Assembly (NCBI GenBank): GCA_028534125.1
Contig: CM052826.1
Location: forward strand, 13,454,001 to 13,518,000
DNA from: Lama glama
Taxonomy: Eukaryota
Reading direction: 5' to 3'
Length of the DNA: 64,000 nucleotides
The position numbers and the translations under genes were made by a program. A model generated the notes under the pieces. That model had not been told where the DNA came from, ran no database searches, and was given only the letters and a program-made list of their open reading frames with translations. Below are positions 35,804 through 49,490 of the stretch, in pieces; position 1 is the first letter of the stretch, and each line of letters starts with the position of its first letter.

Positions 35804-38123
35804 GCTTAGGAGCCTTCCAAGGGGCATGGGCTTGGGGGCTTAAGAAAGGAAGAGCTGGCACTGAGGATCAGAAGACGTTCCTCACTCCAGAATCAGGGGT
35901 TGGAGTAGCTGGGCAGGGCCTGTGGCCTGATGCCAGCTTCACCTAGGCAAGACCCCTTCCAGTTGGGGAACAGCCACCTGCCCCCAGCTCAGCACATACT
36001 AGAGTGTAATAATGATGATGATGATGATAAAAAAAAAAAAAAAGACCAGGCCCAGAACTGCTGGAAAAACATGCAACTCAGAGAAACAAAATGGCTTGCC
36101 CAGAGTCACGCAGCAAGTTGGCAAATTGAGACTTCCACCCCTGGTGTTGGTCTCCAGAGCCATGGATGGGGTGTGAGCAAAGCAGAGGCAGTCCTACAGG
36201 TGGCAGAGGTTTGTTGGGATGAAACTTGAGGTTCCTTTTTTCAATTCTGTGAGCAGGAGACCACAACCTTGGCCAATTTTGTGGTGTGACCAGGCCGGGC
36301 AGAGGCGGGGTGGAGGTGGGAAGTGAGGGCTGCTGTAGGATGGGGAGTCAGGGAGGGCTTCCTGGAGGAGCTGTCCTAGAGCACTGTGGGAGGTAATCCA
36401 GGTGGCAAGAACAGTGAAAGTCAAGGCCCTATGGTACAAATGGACTCAGCAGGTTCAAGGGACAAAAGAGAGGCTGGTGTTGCTAGAGCAGAGTGAGCAA
36501 GGCTGAGAAATTTGGTCAGAAAGACACTTTTGGGTCCCACATCAATGTGGGAGATGGAGGCTTAGGCCAAGGTGACATACCTTGTCACCCCAGCGAGCAG
36601 AGCCAGATTCATCCCCCTGCTTGTCTGCAGCTGATGTTGCAGGAGGTTGAAGGACCAGGTGAGGAAAAGGAGCTCATGGTGGGGCTAGACGAAGAGCGCT
36701 TCCAGGGCAGGCCAGCCCAGCTCTGGGAATGACATCGAAGGTGCTTTGGGAATGTGGCTCATTCCTCCATCTTCATCTTGTGACAGCTCTAGCTGCTGCC
36801 CCCACAGGAGGGCTGGGAGAGGATCGTCCCTTCCTCCTGCTCTTCCACTGTTCCAAAGCTTTGTTGGCCTCTGGCCTCCACTTGGAACATTATCTTCCTG
36901 CCTTACCGGTCACTGGAGTGAAAACTGTAACTCCACAGGCAGCGGAAGGGCCAGGCTTAGGAGCCTAGGGTGTGGGGGCAGCAGCTGCTCGGGGCGGGGA
37001 GCAGGACAGGCAGCGCTGTTGCAGGACTGGGGAGCAGTGCTCAATTTGTGAGGGTGCCTCTTGTTTCTCCCATCCTCAGTCCCTGGAGGAGAGGAGCTGT
37101 GAGGCCCCATGATCTGCCCACCAGCCCTGAGGGCTGAGGTGACTGGGTTTCAAACACAACTGGGCCTAATGCTGGCAAAATGTTCCAGGAGGGGGCTCTT
37201 TTGGAGGTGAAGCTCTGATTGAGGCCTGGCTGCCTGTGTGTGACACTTGCTGCTTTCTCAGTTCCACCTGCTTCTCTCCACCCTCATGCCTCTGCCCACC
37301 AGCCCTCCATCATTGCTCACCCGGCTGCCTACTGCAGTCTCACACCCCCGAAACTCAACATGAGTTGTGAGGGCTTTGAAAACTTGAACACCAGATTTCA
37401 CCACCCCCAGCCCAAACCTTCTCATAGATCTTCAGCATTCAGAGAATATTCCTCACTGTACCTGCCTGCTCCCCATTATGTCTCCAACCTCAGCCTCCTC
37501 TCCCCGTGTTCCTCTCCTACCCACGACACAGCACCTCATCGCTCCTTAGTTGGCGTTTGAGCCCCCCCTGCCCCCCCAACCCTAGGTGAAGAGTCACAGC
37601 TCCAGCTTCTAGAATATTTTCTTCCCCCTGCCTAGGATGTGCTGGGTCTCAAGGCCGAGTCTGGACATTAGCCAGTCACTGCACAGTATCTGCCTTGAGA
37701 AGAGGGGCTGAGTGGACAGTGGGCAGGTGGCCACAGCAGGGGTTGTTGGATGTATCTAATTTACTGTGAGGTCTACAGCCCTGCTTTGGGTCCCATGTCA
37801 CATGGGTTTAGAGGACACAGGAGGACTCAGGACAAGGTGGAAGACACAACCACAGCCACTAGTTCCGGGTCCCAAATTCATCCACCTGCTCGCATGTGCT
37901 CCACGTATTTAAATATCACCCTAGCTCAGCCAGTGGCTTCACTCCCCAGGCCTGTTCTCTTCTCTGGACAAGAGATTAGTAGCAGTGGACTACCAAGGAG
38001 GGCGTGAGAATTTGAAGAGCTAAAAGAGCTGAGCTCTTTCCAGATGGAGGACCAGGGGCACAGGCTCCAGGGTCCCTGGAAGAGATGGAAAGGGGATGTG
38101 GGCCCTGGTTGGGCGGTGGGGTG

Positions 38124-38168
38124 ATGGGGGAGCGGCCAGTGTTGCAATGGGGGAGCGGCCAGTGTTGC
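38124..38168 (+). repeat. 23-bp tandem duplication
   Basis: atgggggagcggccagtgttgc(a) twice. Confidence 0.9.
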
Positions 38169-38409
38169 TGATGATTTATTCATGAGGGGCGGGCCTGCTG
38201 CAGATGCCGTCTCCCTGGAAACGCTGCTTCAGAGGTGCTGGCAGGAGCAGGATTAGTCTCTCCAGCAAAAGGCAGGATGGGCCTGGGATTCTCCCCGACC
38301 CCCCATCCTAGCCATGCCTCTGCCTCTGATCTACTACCTCTGGCCCCCCAGGCCCTCCAAGGCCCTCTTCCAGTCATGTTCCTGCCTCCCGTCCCCCTCC
38401 CCGGCTGAC

Positions 38410-38468
38410 CTGAGGAAACGCCGCTCCTCTGAGGCCTCCGCTAGGTCTGGACCAGCTGCGCTGCTCAT
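38410..38468 (-). CDS. YJEFN3: YJEFN3 first coding exon
   Basis: gccATGA at 38468; MSSAAGPDLAEASEERRFL; donor gtcagc; 59 bp, phase matches the next exon. Confidence 0.9.
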
Positions 38469-38499
38469 GGCGGAGGTGATCTGATGCGCAGTGGGGCCA

Positions 38500-38610
38500 C
38501 AGTCTTTTAAGTGCACCCCTGGGCAGAGGGCGCCTACCCTCTCCTCCCGCCCACCCTGCGTGCCCACCAATCAGGAGACGCCGCGAAGGCGCTGCGCGCA
38601 GCCATTGGTT
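38500..38610 (-). promoter_or_regulatory. YJEFN3 proximal promoter
   Basis: CCAAT at 38567-38571 (+) and 38604-38608 (-); TATA-like CTTAAAAG on - at ~38504-38511; local CpG cluster. Confidence 0.55.
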
Positions 38611-39015
38611 GTAAAGTGCAAGAGGACTTAACCCTTTTGTGCCAGGAATGTAATTACCCTCTGGGACAGCGGGAATCCCAGAGTTGCGGATACTGGAAGG
38701 GAAACAAAGTCCAGAGGGGCAGCGATGGGCTGGTTACCCTTGCTATGGGATCCTGGCCTGGGAGCAAGGGGACCTGCCTCTTCTGCTCCCCTTGGCCCCC
38801 TACCCACAGGGTACCCTAGTGGAGAAGCCCCCCACCCTCTGCCAAAGGGGTGGAAGTAAAAGTACAAGCATATTTGGTAGATGAAGCTGGAGGGTGATCC
38901 AGGGACCATCCCACTGGCAGCTTCTGCCTTGTCCCCACACCTCCAGTGACACCCCCTGGCTGCCCCTCCCAAATCACTCAGTCCCTGGGACACAGGCAGA
39001 GCAGTCTCCAGAGCA

Positions 39016-39021
39016 TTTATT
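39016..39021 (-). terminator. NDUFA13 poly(A) signal AATAAA
   Basis: tttatt on + strand, 50 nt past the stop. Confidence 0.85.
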
Positions 39022-39070
39022 CTCTCCCAGTGGGGAGGTGGAGGTCCAGTGGTCTGACAGGAGCAGGCCC

Positions 39071-39190
39071 CTATGTGTACCATATGAAGCCATAGGTGGC
39101 GTTGAGTATCTCCTCCCTTGGGCGTAACCCGTAGAGCTCGCCCATTATGGGGGTCACCCAGCGCGTTGTATGGAACACGGACTCGCCCAC
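39071..39190 (-). CDS. NDUFA13: NDUFA13 exon 5
   Basis: [39 protein letters not shown]; five exons sum to 435 nt (144 aa). Confidence 0.96.
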   Translation of the reverse strand: MGESVFHTTRWVTPIMGELYGLRPREEILNATYGFIWYT

Positions 39191-39337
39191 CTGTGGAGAG
39201 AGTAGGGAACGGGTAGGGGTGCAGCTAACCCCTTAGGCCCATGCAGCCTGCTGGAACCCCACCAGGCCTGGTGGCCACAGTGCCCACACCCAAAACTGTT
39301 GCCTTCCCTTCTCACACCTGGCACCCACTAGCCCTCA

Positions 39338-39643
<306 letters not shown>

Positions 39644-39875
39644 TTATTGCCGTCCTGCCCCAGCCCCAATGCCCCTCCCCTAGAAGCCTTTCCATTCTCC
39701 CTTTCGGGTCTCTGCTGCAAGTCAAGTTTAGGGTCCTCTCCCAGGATGACAACGGCCCTTGAAGCCGTGTGCAAGGACACAGCTGCCAGTCCCCATGTGC
39801 ATTCTGGCCTTGTCTCACGCTGCAGGCTGAAGCACTCAAGCCTGTGACCTCCTGAACCTGGTCCCAGTGGCCCAC

Positions 39876-39947
39876 CTCCGGTCCTTCTCTGCCTGCAACA
39901 GAGGCATCAGCGCGATGCGGGCCTCGAGGTCCTCGATCTGCAGGCGC
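39876..39947 (-). CDS. NDUFA13: NDUFA13 exon 3
   Basis: 72 bp, GT-AG; RLQIEDLEARIALMPLLQAEKDR. Confidence 0.96.
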
Positions 39948-41165
39948 CTGTGAAACCCCAAAACCAACACTCTGATCAGATCAAGGTGGGATGTGGTGGA
40001 TGGAGATGATGTGGTCGTTGGACACATGTCACTCTGGGAAGGGGTTTGGGGAAGAGGCAAGCAAGTGGGAAGGGCTTAGGTGGTGGGCTCTGCCCACCAG
40101 GAGCCCAAGATTGGGGGGAGGGTAACACGCAGCTGGCACAGACGTTGTCAGTCCACAAGACTGCTGGCTTCACATTTTCTTTTCAGTTAAAAACTCTTTT
40201 TTTAATTTTAAAAATAGCCCAGGCTTGATGATTGCAGTGAACCAGGAGGGGACGTTCATCATGGGGCTCTGGGCCTTACAAAACCACATCCCTTTCATCT
40301 CAAAATAACCATGGGGTGTGAGTAACACAGGCAGCTCCTTTCTCTCCTTGCTTTTTGGCATCTTCCAAGTCACCAGCCCTGTCTGAGCCAGGGGGAGTGG
40401 GGAGAACAGTGCTCACTGATATGGCCCAGGGAGTGGCCTCTGGCCCTGTCCCCTCATCACCAGGAATCTCATGGCAGCCCAAGGAAGGGACTAGGTAAAC
40501 TTCAGTGCCCCCTACCTCCTCCCCATCCCCCAGGGTAGCAGCTCCCTCCAGGCCGCTGCCCCCACCACAGCCCTAGTGTCCAGCACCTAACAGGTGCTCC
40601 TGAGTTCACTCAGCAATGCTGAATGCCCTCCATGTGCTGGGCCTCCCCCAGCATTGCCCTCCTGAGGGGAAGCAAGCCCACAGTGGGTGCTAAGGACACA
40701 CAACACAGAGTGGGACAGGGTGGAGGGGGGCAGGCAGTCAGGAGCCAAGGAGAAGGAGCCACCTAGCAGGGCACTGGGCAAGCTTGGAGGCGGCCAGAGT
40801 CTGAGCCAAGGCCACTATAGGCCTGGGTCCCTCAGGCCCTGTTGGGCTGGCACGGCCAATGGCTTGCGTGAACTGATTTTTAAGCCCTTGTATCGTCACT
40901 GGTCACCACTGACAAGAACTCGCTAGGAGAGTGAATCCTGGGCCTCTACTTCTGCCTGAGGGACTGCCCTAACCGAGACCCTTGGGCCCCCAGCAGTGGA
41001 GGTCAAGGGGCACCTAGTGAACATCTGGTGGCCAGTCATTCCCTGGGGATACAGCCCGGAAACGGACTTGCTGGGTCATGGCCTGTACTCCCTGAGGAGT
41101 GCACCCCGAGATACACTAAGTCCATGGGCACATGTCCCCACGCTCCTCAGCAGGGCAGAGCTTAC

Positions 41166-41244
41166 CTGCGTTCGCGGTTCCACCTCGTCATGTTCCAGTA
41201 CCCGAAGAGCAAGGCCCCAACGCCCACGGCGAACATGCTGTAGC
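41166..41244 (-). CDS. NDUFA13: NDUFA13 exon 2, transmembrane helix
   Basis: 79 bp, GT-AG; YSMFAVGVGALLFGYWNMTRWNRER. Confidence 0.96.
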
Positions 41245-42827
41245 CTGTGGGGAAAGGGGACGCCGGCTCAGCCCCTGCACGTGGGATATGCCACTTTGCT
41301 GTTTCCTCTTGTGAGGCATAATCCAGTCACAGTGCAAACGCTCCAGAGACACAAATGAGGGAGAAGGTGGAAGCCCCCACGACCCCCTCCCAGAGATGGC
41401 CCGTGCCGTCTCTAGTGCGTGTTTCTTCAGACTACTTTTTCTGTCTCTGTGGACCCCGGCCCCTCTCCCGGACACCCCCTTCCTCCACAGCTTGAGACCA
41501 CTCTTCATCCCATTCTCCGGCTCTGCAACACCTCTGCCCTGACACCAGGTTCATGCAAGGTATGGGCCAGGCAGGGACTGCAGGGGGGCCTGATGGTCTA
41601 ATGTTTATGGTTGGGTGGCCCAGGCCCCAGCATCTACTAGAAGGCTGTTTGGTTCCCAGTCAGCCTGCCGGTTCAAGGGGAAGGATGGTGTCCACACTTG
41701 GTCCCAGCTCCATGGTGGTCCCGGCTGCCTGGGCCACCTGTGTGTGCTGTCCACAGGGGGCTGGATGGGGCTGCTGGAGGCAGGAAGTGCCCTGCAGGAG
41801 CCGCCCAGCCACCCCCTGGGCTCCCAGGGTGCTGCTGCTTCCCGGCCCAGCAGGTTGAACCTCCTTCCCAGGGCTCCAGGAGACAGAGACTAAAATGAAT
41901 ATTTACTGAGCACCCGAGGGGAACCTGTGCTGTAATTCTGACTGACAGGCTGTAGGCCTGCTGGGGTCTTCAAGGAGGTCTGGATGCCGGGGCCTGGCTG
42001 GGACTGGCTTGTCCCACACCCCCTCATCTCTCCAGCCTCAGTCTCTTCTCTGCACAGACCTCCTGGTTGCTGGGATGAACTGACAAGTTCAGCCAGGCCG
42101 AGCTCCAGTAACACCCAGTAAAGGACCAGCAAGCGGTGGATAAAGCCACTCCCTGGGCCTCATGGGGGTACAAAGTGGGGGCTCTTTCTTCTTCAGCTTG
42201 GCTCAGGCAGGAGTCTCATCTGGCACCTCTGCTGGACCCGGAGATAACTGAGAAACTGGTTCAATTTTTTTTTTAACCCTTTTAGTTCAATCTGTTAAAA
42301 GCATGAGCTCCGGGTAAGATACTTCCACATGATGGGGGCTATGGCAGCGAGCACACCCTGGTTCCTGTGCTCAGAGGCAGGACCTCCTGAGAGGCCTACG
42401 TGCCCAGGACCCGCTCCCAGTGTACCCAGGGCTCTAAGATGATGGCTGACCACCTGTGCTGGGCACCCAATGTTCTCTTCCTTGGGTGGGAGAGCTTCAT
42501 CAGAGCTGCCTCACTCTTTTCAACAGCTGCACAGAGGCCCAGGGGCTTCCTCTTCTGATCCAGCCCCAGGGAATAGACCTGGACTGTCCTTGTGAAGGCC
42601 CCTGCCCTCAACATCTGGCACCCACATGTGGGCTCATCTCTAAGAGACATTCCAAGGCTGAGGTAAGGCAGCCTTTATGATGATGCAGCTCCAACTCGTC
42701 TCTTCCTCGCTAATGGCGGTGAGGCTGAGGCCCAAGGCTCTCAGAGGGTGTCTGTGCTTCCAGAGCTGCCAGTCTGCAGAGAGAGGCCAACGAGGGGCAT
42801 GCCCAGAAGGGGGCGTGGGCCATGCGT

Positions 42828-44515
42828 GAAGAAGACCTAAATAAGCAGAAACTCATTTTGTGCTCATGGACTGGGACTTAACATGGTTCAGACAGCAGCA
42901 CTCTCCAAACTGAGGTATAGGCTCAAGGCAGTCCCCATTAGAATCCCAACCTCCCCTCCCAAGTCCTGCAGAAACTGACTGGCAGGTGGTCAAATTTATA
43001 TGGAAATGCAAGGGACCAGATTAGCCAAAATCATTCTGAAAAAGAAGAACAAAGTTGGAGGACTTGGACTTTACAATTTCAAAACTTATCACGCAGCTGT
43101 GTGTACAAGACACTGTGGCATTGGCGTAAGGATAGACATGTACAGCGATGCAACAGAGCTGAGAGTCCAGAAATAAACCCTCAAATTTATGGTCAATTGA
43201 TTCTGGACAAGGGTGCCAAGACAATTCAATGGGGAAAGAATAGTCTTTTCAGCAAATTAGACAACTGGAATAGCCACATGCAAAAGAACAAAGTGTGCTC
43301 CTTCTTCCTCCCCCTCAAAATTAACTCATAATGGTTCAAAGACCTCAATGTAAGAGCAAAAACTATAAAACTCTTAGAAAACAGAGAAGTGAGTCTCTAT
43401 GACCTTGGATAAGACAAAGGTTTCTTAGATTTGACACCAGAAACACAAGTGACAAAAGAAAAAAACAGATGAACTGGACTTCAGTGAAATTTAAAACTTT
43501 TGTGCTGCAAATGATACCATCAAGCTGAAAAGACAATCCACAGGATGGGAGAAAGTATTTGCAAATCACAGATCTGATAAGGGAACAGCATCCAAAATAT
43601 ATAAAGAACTCTTAAAACTCAATAATAAAAAGATGAGCAACTGAATTACAAAAACATGTAAAGGGTCTGAATAGATATTTTTCCCAGGAAGCTATAGAAA
43701 TGGCCAATAAGCACATGAAAAGATGCTCCACATCATTAGTCACCAGGGAAATGCAAATCAAAACCAGAATAGACACCACCTCACACCTACTAGGATGGCT
43801 AAAATTTTCAAAAACAGAAAATAATTTTTAAAAATAAAATAATTAGTGTTGTCCACATGCAGAAATGNNNNNNNNNNNNNNNNNNNNNNNNNNNNNNNNN
43901 NNNNNNNNNNNNNNNNNNNNNNNNNNNNNNNNNNNNNNNNNNNNNNNNNNNNNNNNNNNNNNNNNNNNNNNNNNNNNNNNNNNNNNNNNNNNNNNNNNNN
44001 NAAACACGTTCACAAAGAAACCTGAATACAGGCATATTCACAGCAGCACTGGTCCTAACAGCCAAAAGGTGGACACAATTCAAATGCCCATCAAGTGGTA
44101 AATGGATACACAAAATGTGGTCCATCCATACAATATGATTCAGCCATAAAAAAGAATGAAGCACTGAAACATACCACAACATAAACATTAAAAATAAAAA
44201 CATCATGCTAAGCGAGAAAAGCCAGACCCACAGAGGACACAGTGAATGATCCCATTTATACGAAATGTCCAGAAGAGGCCAATCCATAGAGACAGAAAGC
44301 AGATGAGTGGCTGTCAGGGGTGGGGGAAAAGAATGTGGAGGGGCTCCTAATGGGGCCTGGATTTCTTTTTGGGGTGATGAAAATGTAAATTTGGATCATG
44401 GTGATGGCACAACTGTGAACATACTACCCATCAGTGATCTGTACACATGAAATGGGTGAATTACATGGTATGGTAGGTGAATCTCAATAAAAATGTTAAA
44501 AATACAAGAAGAAAA
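42828..44515 (+). mobile_element. Old LINE-1 (L1M-type) fragment, ORF2 3' part and 3' UTR, antisense in NDUFA13 intron 1
   Basis: Degenerate ORF2 peptides (KTLWHWRKDRH, ESPEINPQIYGQLILDKGAKTIQWGKNSLFSK, IFTAAL...KWIHKMWSIHT); ends ctcaataaaaatgttaaaa. Confidence 0.9.
43868..44001. other. Assembly gap (134 N)
   Basis: Run of n. Confidence 1.
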
Positions 44516-45484
44516 GAAAGGGCCACTCTCTGGGTGTAGGAGTGAATAGAGCTGGGTGTGAGAGATGAAGGGAAAGGTAGGGGTAGCAGATACTTCGGGG
44601 GCAGCACGGATAAAAGGTGGCCTGAGTCAGCCTGGCATGTTCTGGGATGCTGGCGGTGAGTGGTCCAGGCAGAATAGGGGAGTGGGTGTCAGGCCTGGGG
44701 CAAGCCTAACAAGAGCAAGACTGATTGAGAGGGGGCAGCCATGGACAAAGCTTTTGTGGCTGTATCTCTAAAGAGGCAAGGCTAGAGGGCCTGCAGGACA
44801 GAGGATGAGGGTGGGGTGTAGGAGAGAACACAGGGCCTCTGCATGTGCTGCTCCTCCTGCCTGGGGAAGTCCTTCTCAGAGAGGTCCTTCTGCCCACTCA
44901 GGTTAAGGCAGGCCCTGGTTACCCCAGGCCTCACCACTAGCCACAACAGGAAATTATGGAGTGACATGTCTATCTCCTCAGCTGGACCATAAGCCCCCCA
45001 GGACAGAGCCCAGCACCAAGTCAACAATAATTACTAAATGCAGGTACATAAACAAAGACTACACATCAGAAGAGGTTATCTTCCTCACTCTTCTGAGGCC
45101 AGGAAAGACTGGGGTGAGTCTGTATGTGCTATAATGACAGTTAGTGAAAAGGGCTGTGATTAGGAGACCCAACCCCAGGCAGTGGCATTTAGGGCACACT
45201 GGAGGCACTGCTGTGTCATGAACTGGAGGAGGAGCAGGATAAAGGCCACATTTGTGACTTAAAAGAGATGCTAACTGTGGGGAGCCAGGGAGGCCCAGGG
45301 GCTGGAATCCTTCTGCAGCCTGTTCTGGATACACGTCACATAAGTATACATTCATAAACAGACCTCATGCCACACACAAGTGTACAAGAGGAGTGCCCTG
45401 GCCTGGGTGTAGCTACATTTCGAGAAAAGAAATGGAGACTCAGATCACATTATATTCGTCGACTCCGCTCTAGGATGAGTCAAG

Positions 45485-45662
45485 TGCCCATGTGGTGCCA
45501 AATCTAGTCTGTAACCTGTTTTTGTATGGTCCTCCAGCTAAGAACACTTTTAGGTTTCTGAAGTCTTAAAAAAGCAGCATCAGTGGATAAAAACCACCTG
45601 GCAAGCAAAGCATAAAATATTTATCTGGCTCTTTACAGAAAAAGTTTGCCAACCTTTGTTCT
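45485..45662. mobile_element. MER58A-like hAT-Charlie remnant
   Basis: taaaatatttatctggctctttacagaaaaagtttgccaacc terminus resembles MER58A (recall). Confidence 0.6.
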
Positions 45663-46388
45663 GCTTTACAAGAAAGCCAAGCAGGGGCAGGAGAGGATTT
45701 TGAGTTTTCACCTCACGTTAACTTTTCTACTGTCTGAATTACAACTTTTTTTAAACCATGCCCACGATTTTTTTTTTTTTGCTTTTTAACTGAGGCATAA
45801 TTTGCATAACATGTACACATTTTGAATGAAAAATTCGATGAGTTAGAGCAAAGTATTCATAAGTTGTTTCACATTATTTTTTGTATTTCCCTGTTAACCC
45901 TGGGTGCAGAGTATGGGCGCCTTTTACTTTCTCTCGTACATTTTTTTGTGTTAAAATTGCTTAAAACGTTACTTAGAACATTCGAAATTTTGAAGAATAT
46001 ATATTCCTTGGACATCCTGTAGGTGGGGGCCACCAGCAAGGAACCACTGTACAGAACATCTTTTAAATTCCCTCAGTGTTCCGGGTTTCGGCCCCAGCTT
46101 TGCTCTCGGTGGCCCTGGGAGAAAGTCGCATCCTCTCTTCAGCCTTAGTTTACCGACCTGTGAAATGGCAGCGTGGCGGAAGACTTGGGGTGCGGGCTAA
46201 ATCAATCTCCATATAAGTTAATTGTAAAATGAGAATTAACGGGACCGACCTCCTGGGCTGTAACAACTAGTAAGCAAAAGGCTTACTAAACGCTTGACAA
46301 ACTGCAGCAGTTGTCATAACTACTGAAGCTCTCCGGGTCCCCGGGGCTCCTCCTTCCGTCATATCTCAGGGGAAACTGAGGTACACTA

Positions 46389-48207
<1,819 letters not shown>

Positions 48208-48639
48208 AAGCCGGGGTTCCCACTATTCCCGCCGCCACGAGCACTGCGCAAGCGCAGCGCACGCGCGAGCAGCGCGTTTCTGGAGTGCCGCGAAGCCGCC
48301 GCGAACCGCTGCTCACGCGCCCTTCCCCCTTCCCCACTCCCAAGACGCCAGGCGCAGCAGTCGCGTGGCTTTGGAATCTAGCTCCTCCTCCAAGATCCCG
48401 AGAGCAGGAGGGCGCATGCGCTTCCTCGATTCCCCCGCGAGAAGACCCCGGGAGGGGGCGGGACGAGAGAAGATGGAAGTATTGCGCCTGCGCGGAATGA
48501 GCGGCGGCTACGCGGCGGGCAGTGGCTCCACTCAGAAGCTGCTAGCGAGCGGACGCGGGCAAGGGGCGTCTTTCCCCGGCCAGCTGCGCATGCCGGTGAG
48601 GGAAGGCGTGCTCGGGACGCTGCTCCCCTTGGAACCTGC

Positions 48640-48645
48640 AATAAA
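48640..48645 (+). terminator. TSSK6 poly(A) signal AATAAA
   Basis: First AATAAA after the stop, ~430 nt downstream. Confidence 0.75.
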
Positions 48646-49169
48646 CGCGCTCTTTCTCGCACCTGGTTCTAGCGATGGCCCCCTTTAACGAAGTGCGGGG
48701 GCGGGGGACATCGCTTCCGGGGTAGGGGCAGGAGCCCCATTTTAGAGAAAGGCTTGTGGAGGTTCTTGTTCCAGCTGTGAAAAGGGAGTTGGGAGGTTTC
48801 GAACCCGAACCTTGCAGGCTCCCCACCCTGGCGGGCTTTGGAGTCGTCCCTGGGCGTTGTGATGGTCCTGGGAATGTGGGTGCTGGACTAAGGGAGAGAA
48901 GACCCCAGCACCCTTCTAGTGTTTAAGGGTGGACCGATGAGGGGCGGAGACCGTCTGCCTCGACAGAAACTGAGCTTTTGCAAGAGAGGAAATTGAGGCC
49001 CTCATAGGTATCACTTGCTCAAGAACAGCTGGGATTTGCACCCAGAGATGTCTGAAGTGAGTTGGGGAGGTGGTGGAAGCTCTCCTTAGTGAGGGTCCCT
49101 TCTTTGGTGAGGGTAAGTATCTGGTGGGGAGAGTCGAGGGTGGGGCATGAATATGCCGGGTTCATTGTG

Positions 49170-49490
49170 TACTCTGTTTATTAATGCATTTTTTGAGTGC
49201 CTTCTGTGTGCCAGGCTCTGGGACTCAGCAGAATGGCTTGAATCCATCCCTGCTTTCAGTGAGGAAGCAAGTCAAAAGTAAAGAATAGTGTAGAAATAAA
49301 ATAATTGTAAGTTGTGCTAAATGCCAGGTGGGGGTGACCAAGGGGTGGACTGAAGCAACATTTGAGCTGAGCCCAGAAGGAATCAAACACTTGCAAACTG
49401 CAGAAAACAAGTGTTCCAAGTGTTCCCAAGGCAGAATGGAGCTGGTGTGTTTGAGGAACGCCAGGAAGCTCTGATGGCTGGAATGGAGAG
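49170..49490. mobile_element. L2 LINE remnant
   Basis: gcattttttgagtgccttctgtgtgccaggctctggg L2-end pattern. Confidence 0.5.

Noticed and set aside
36620-36665. Exon-like ctgcag...CAG|gtgagg on + strand, antisense to YJEFN3
   Set aside because: 28-bp candidate with no partner exons; such matches are expected by chance
43101-44287. ORFs with reverse-transcriptase-family-like peptides
   Set aside because: Fragments of a decayed L1 ORF2 with stops and frameshifts, not an active element or host gene
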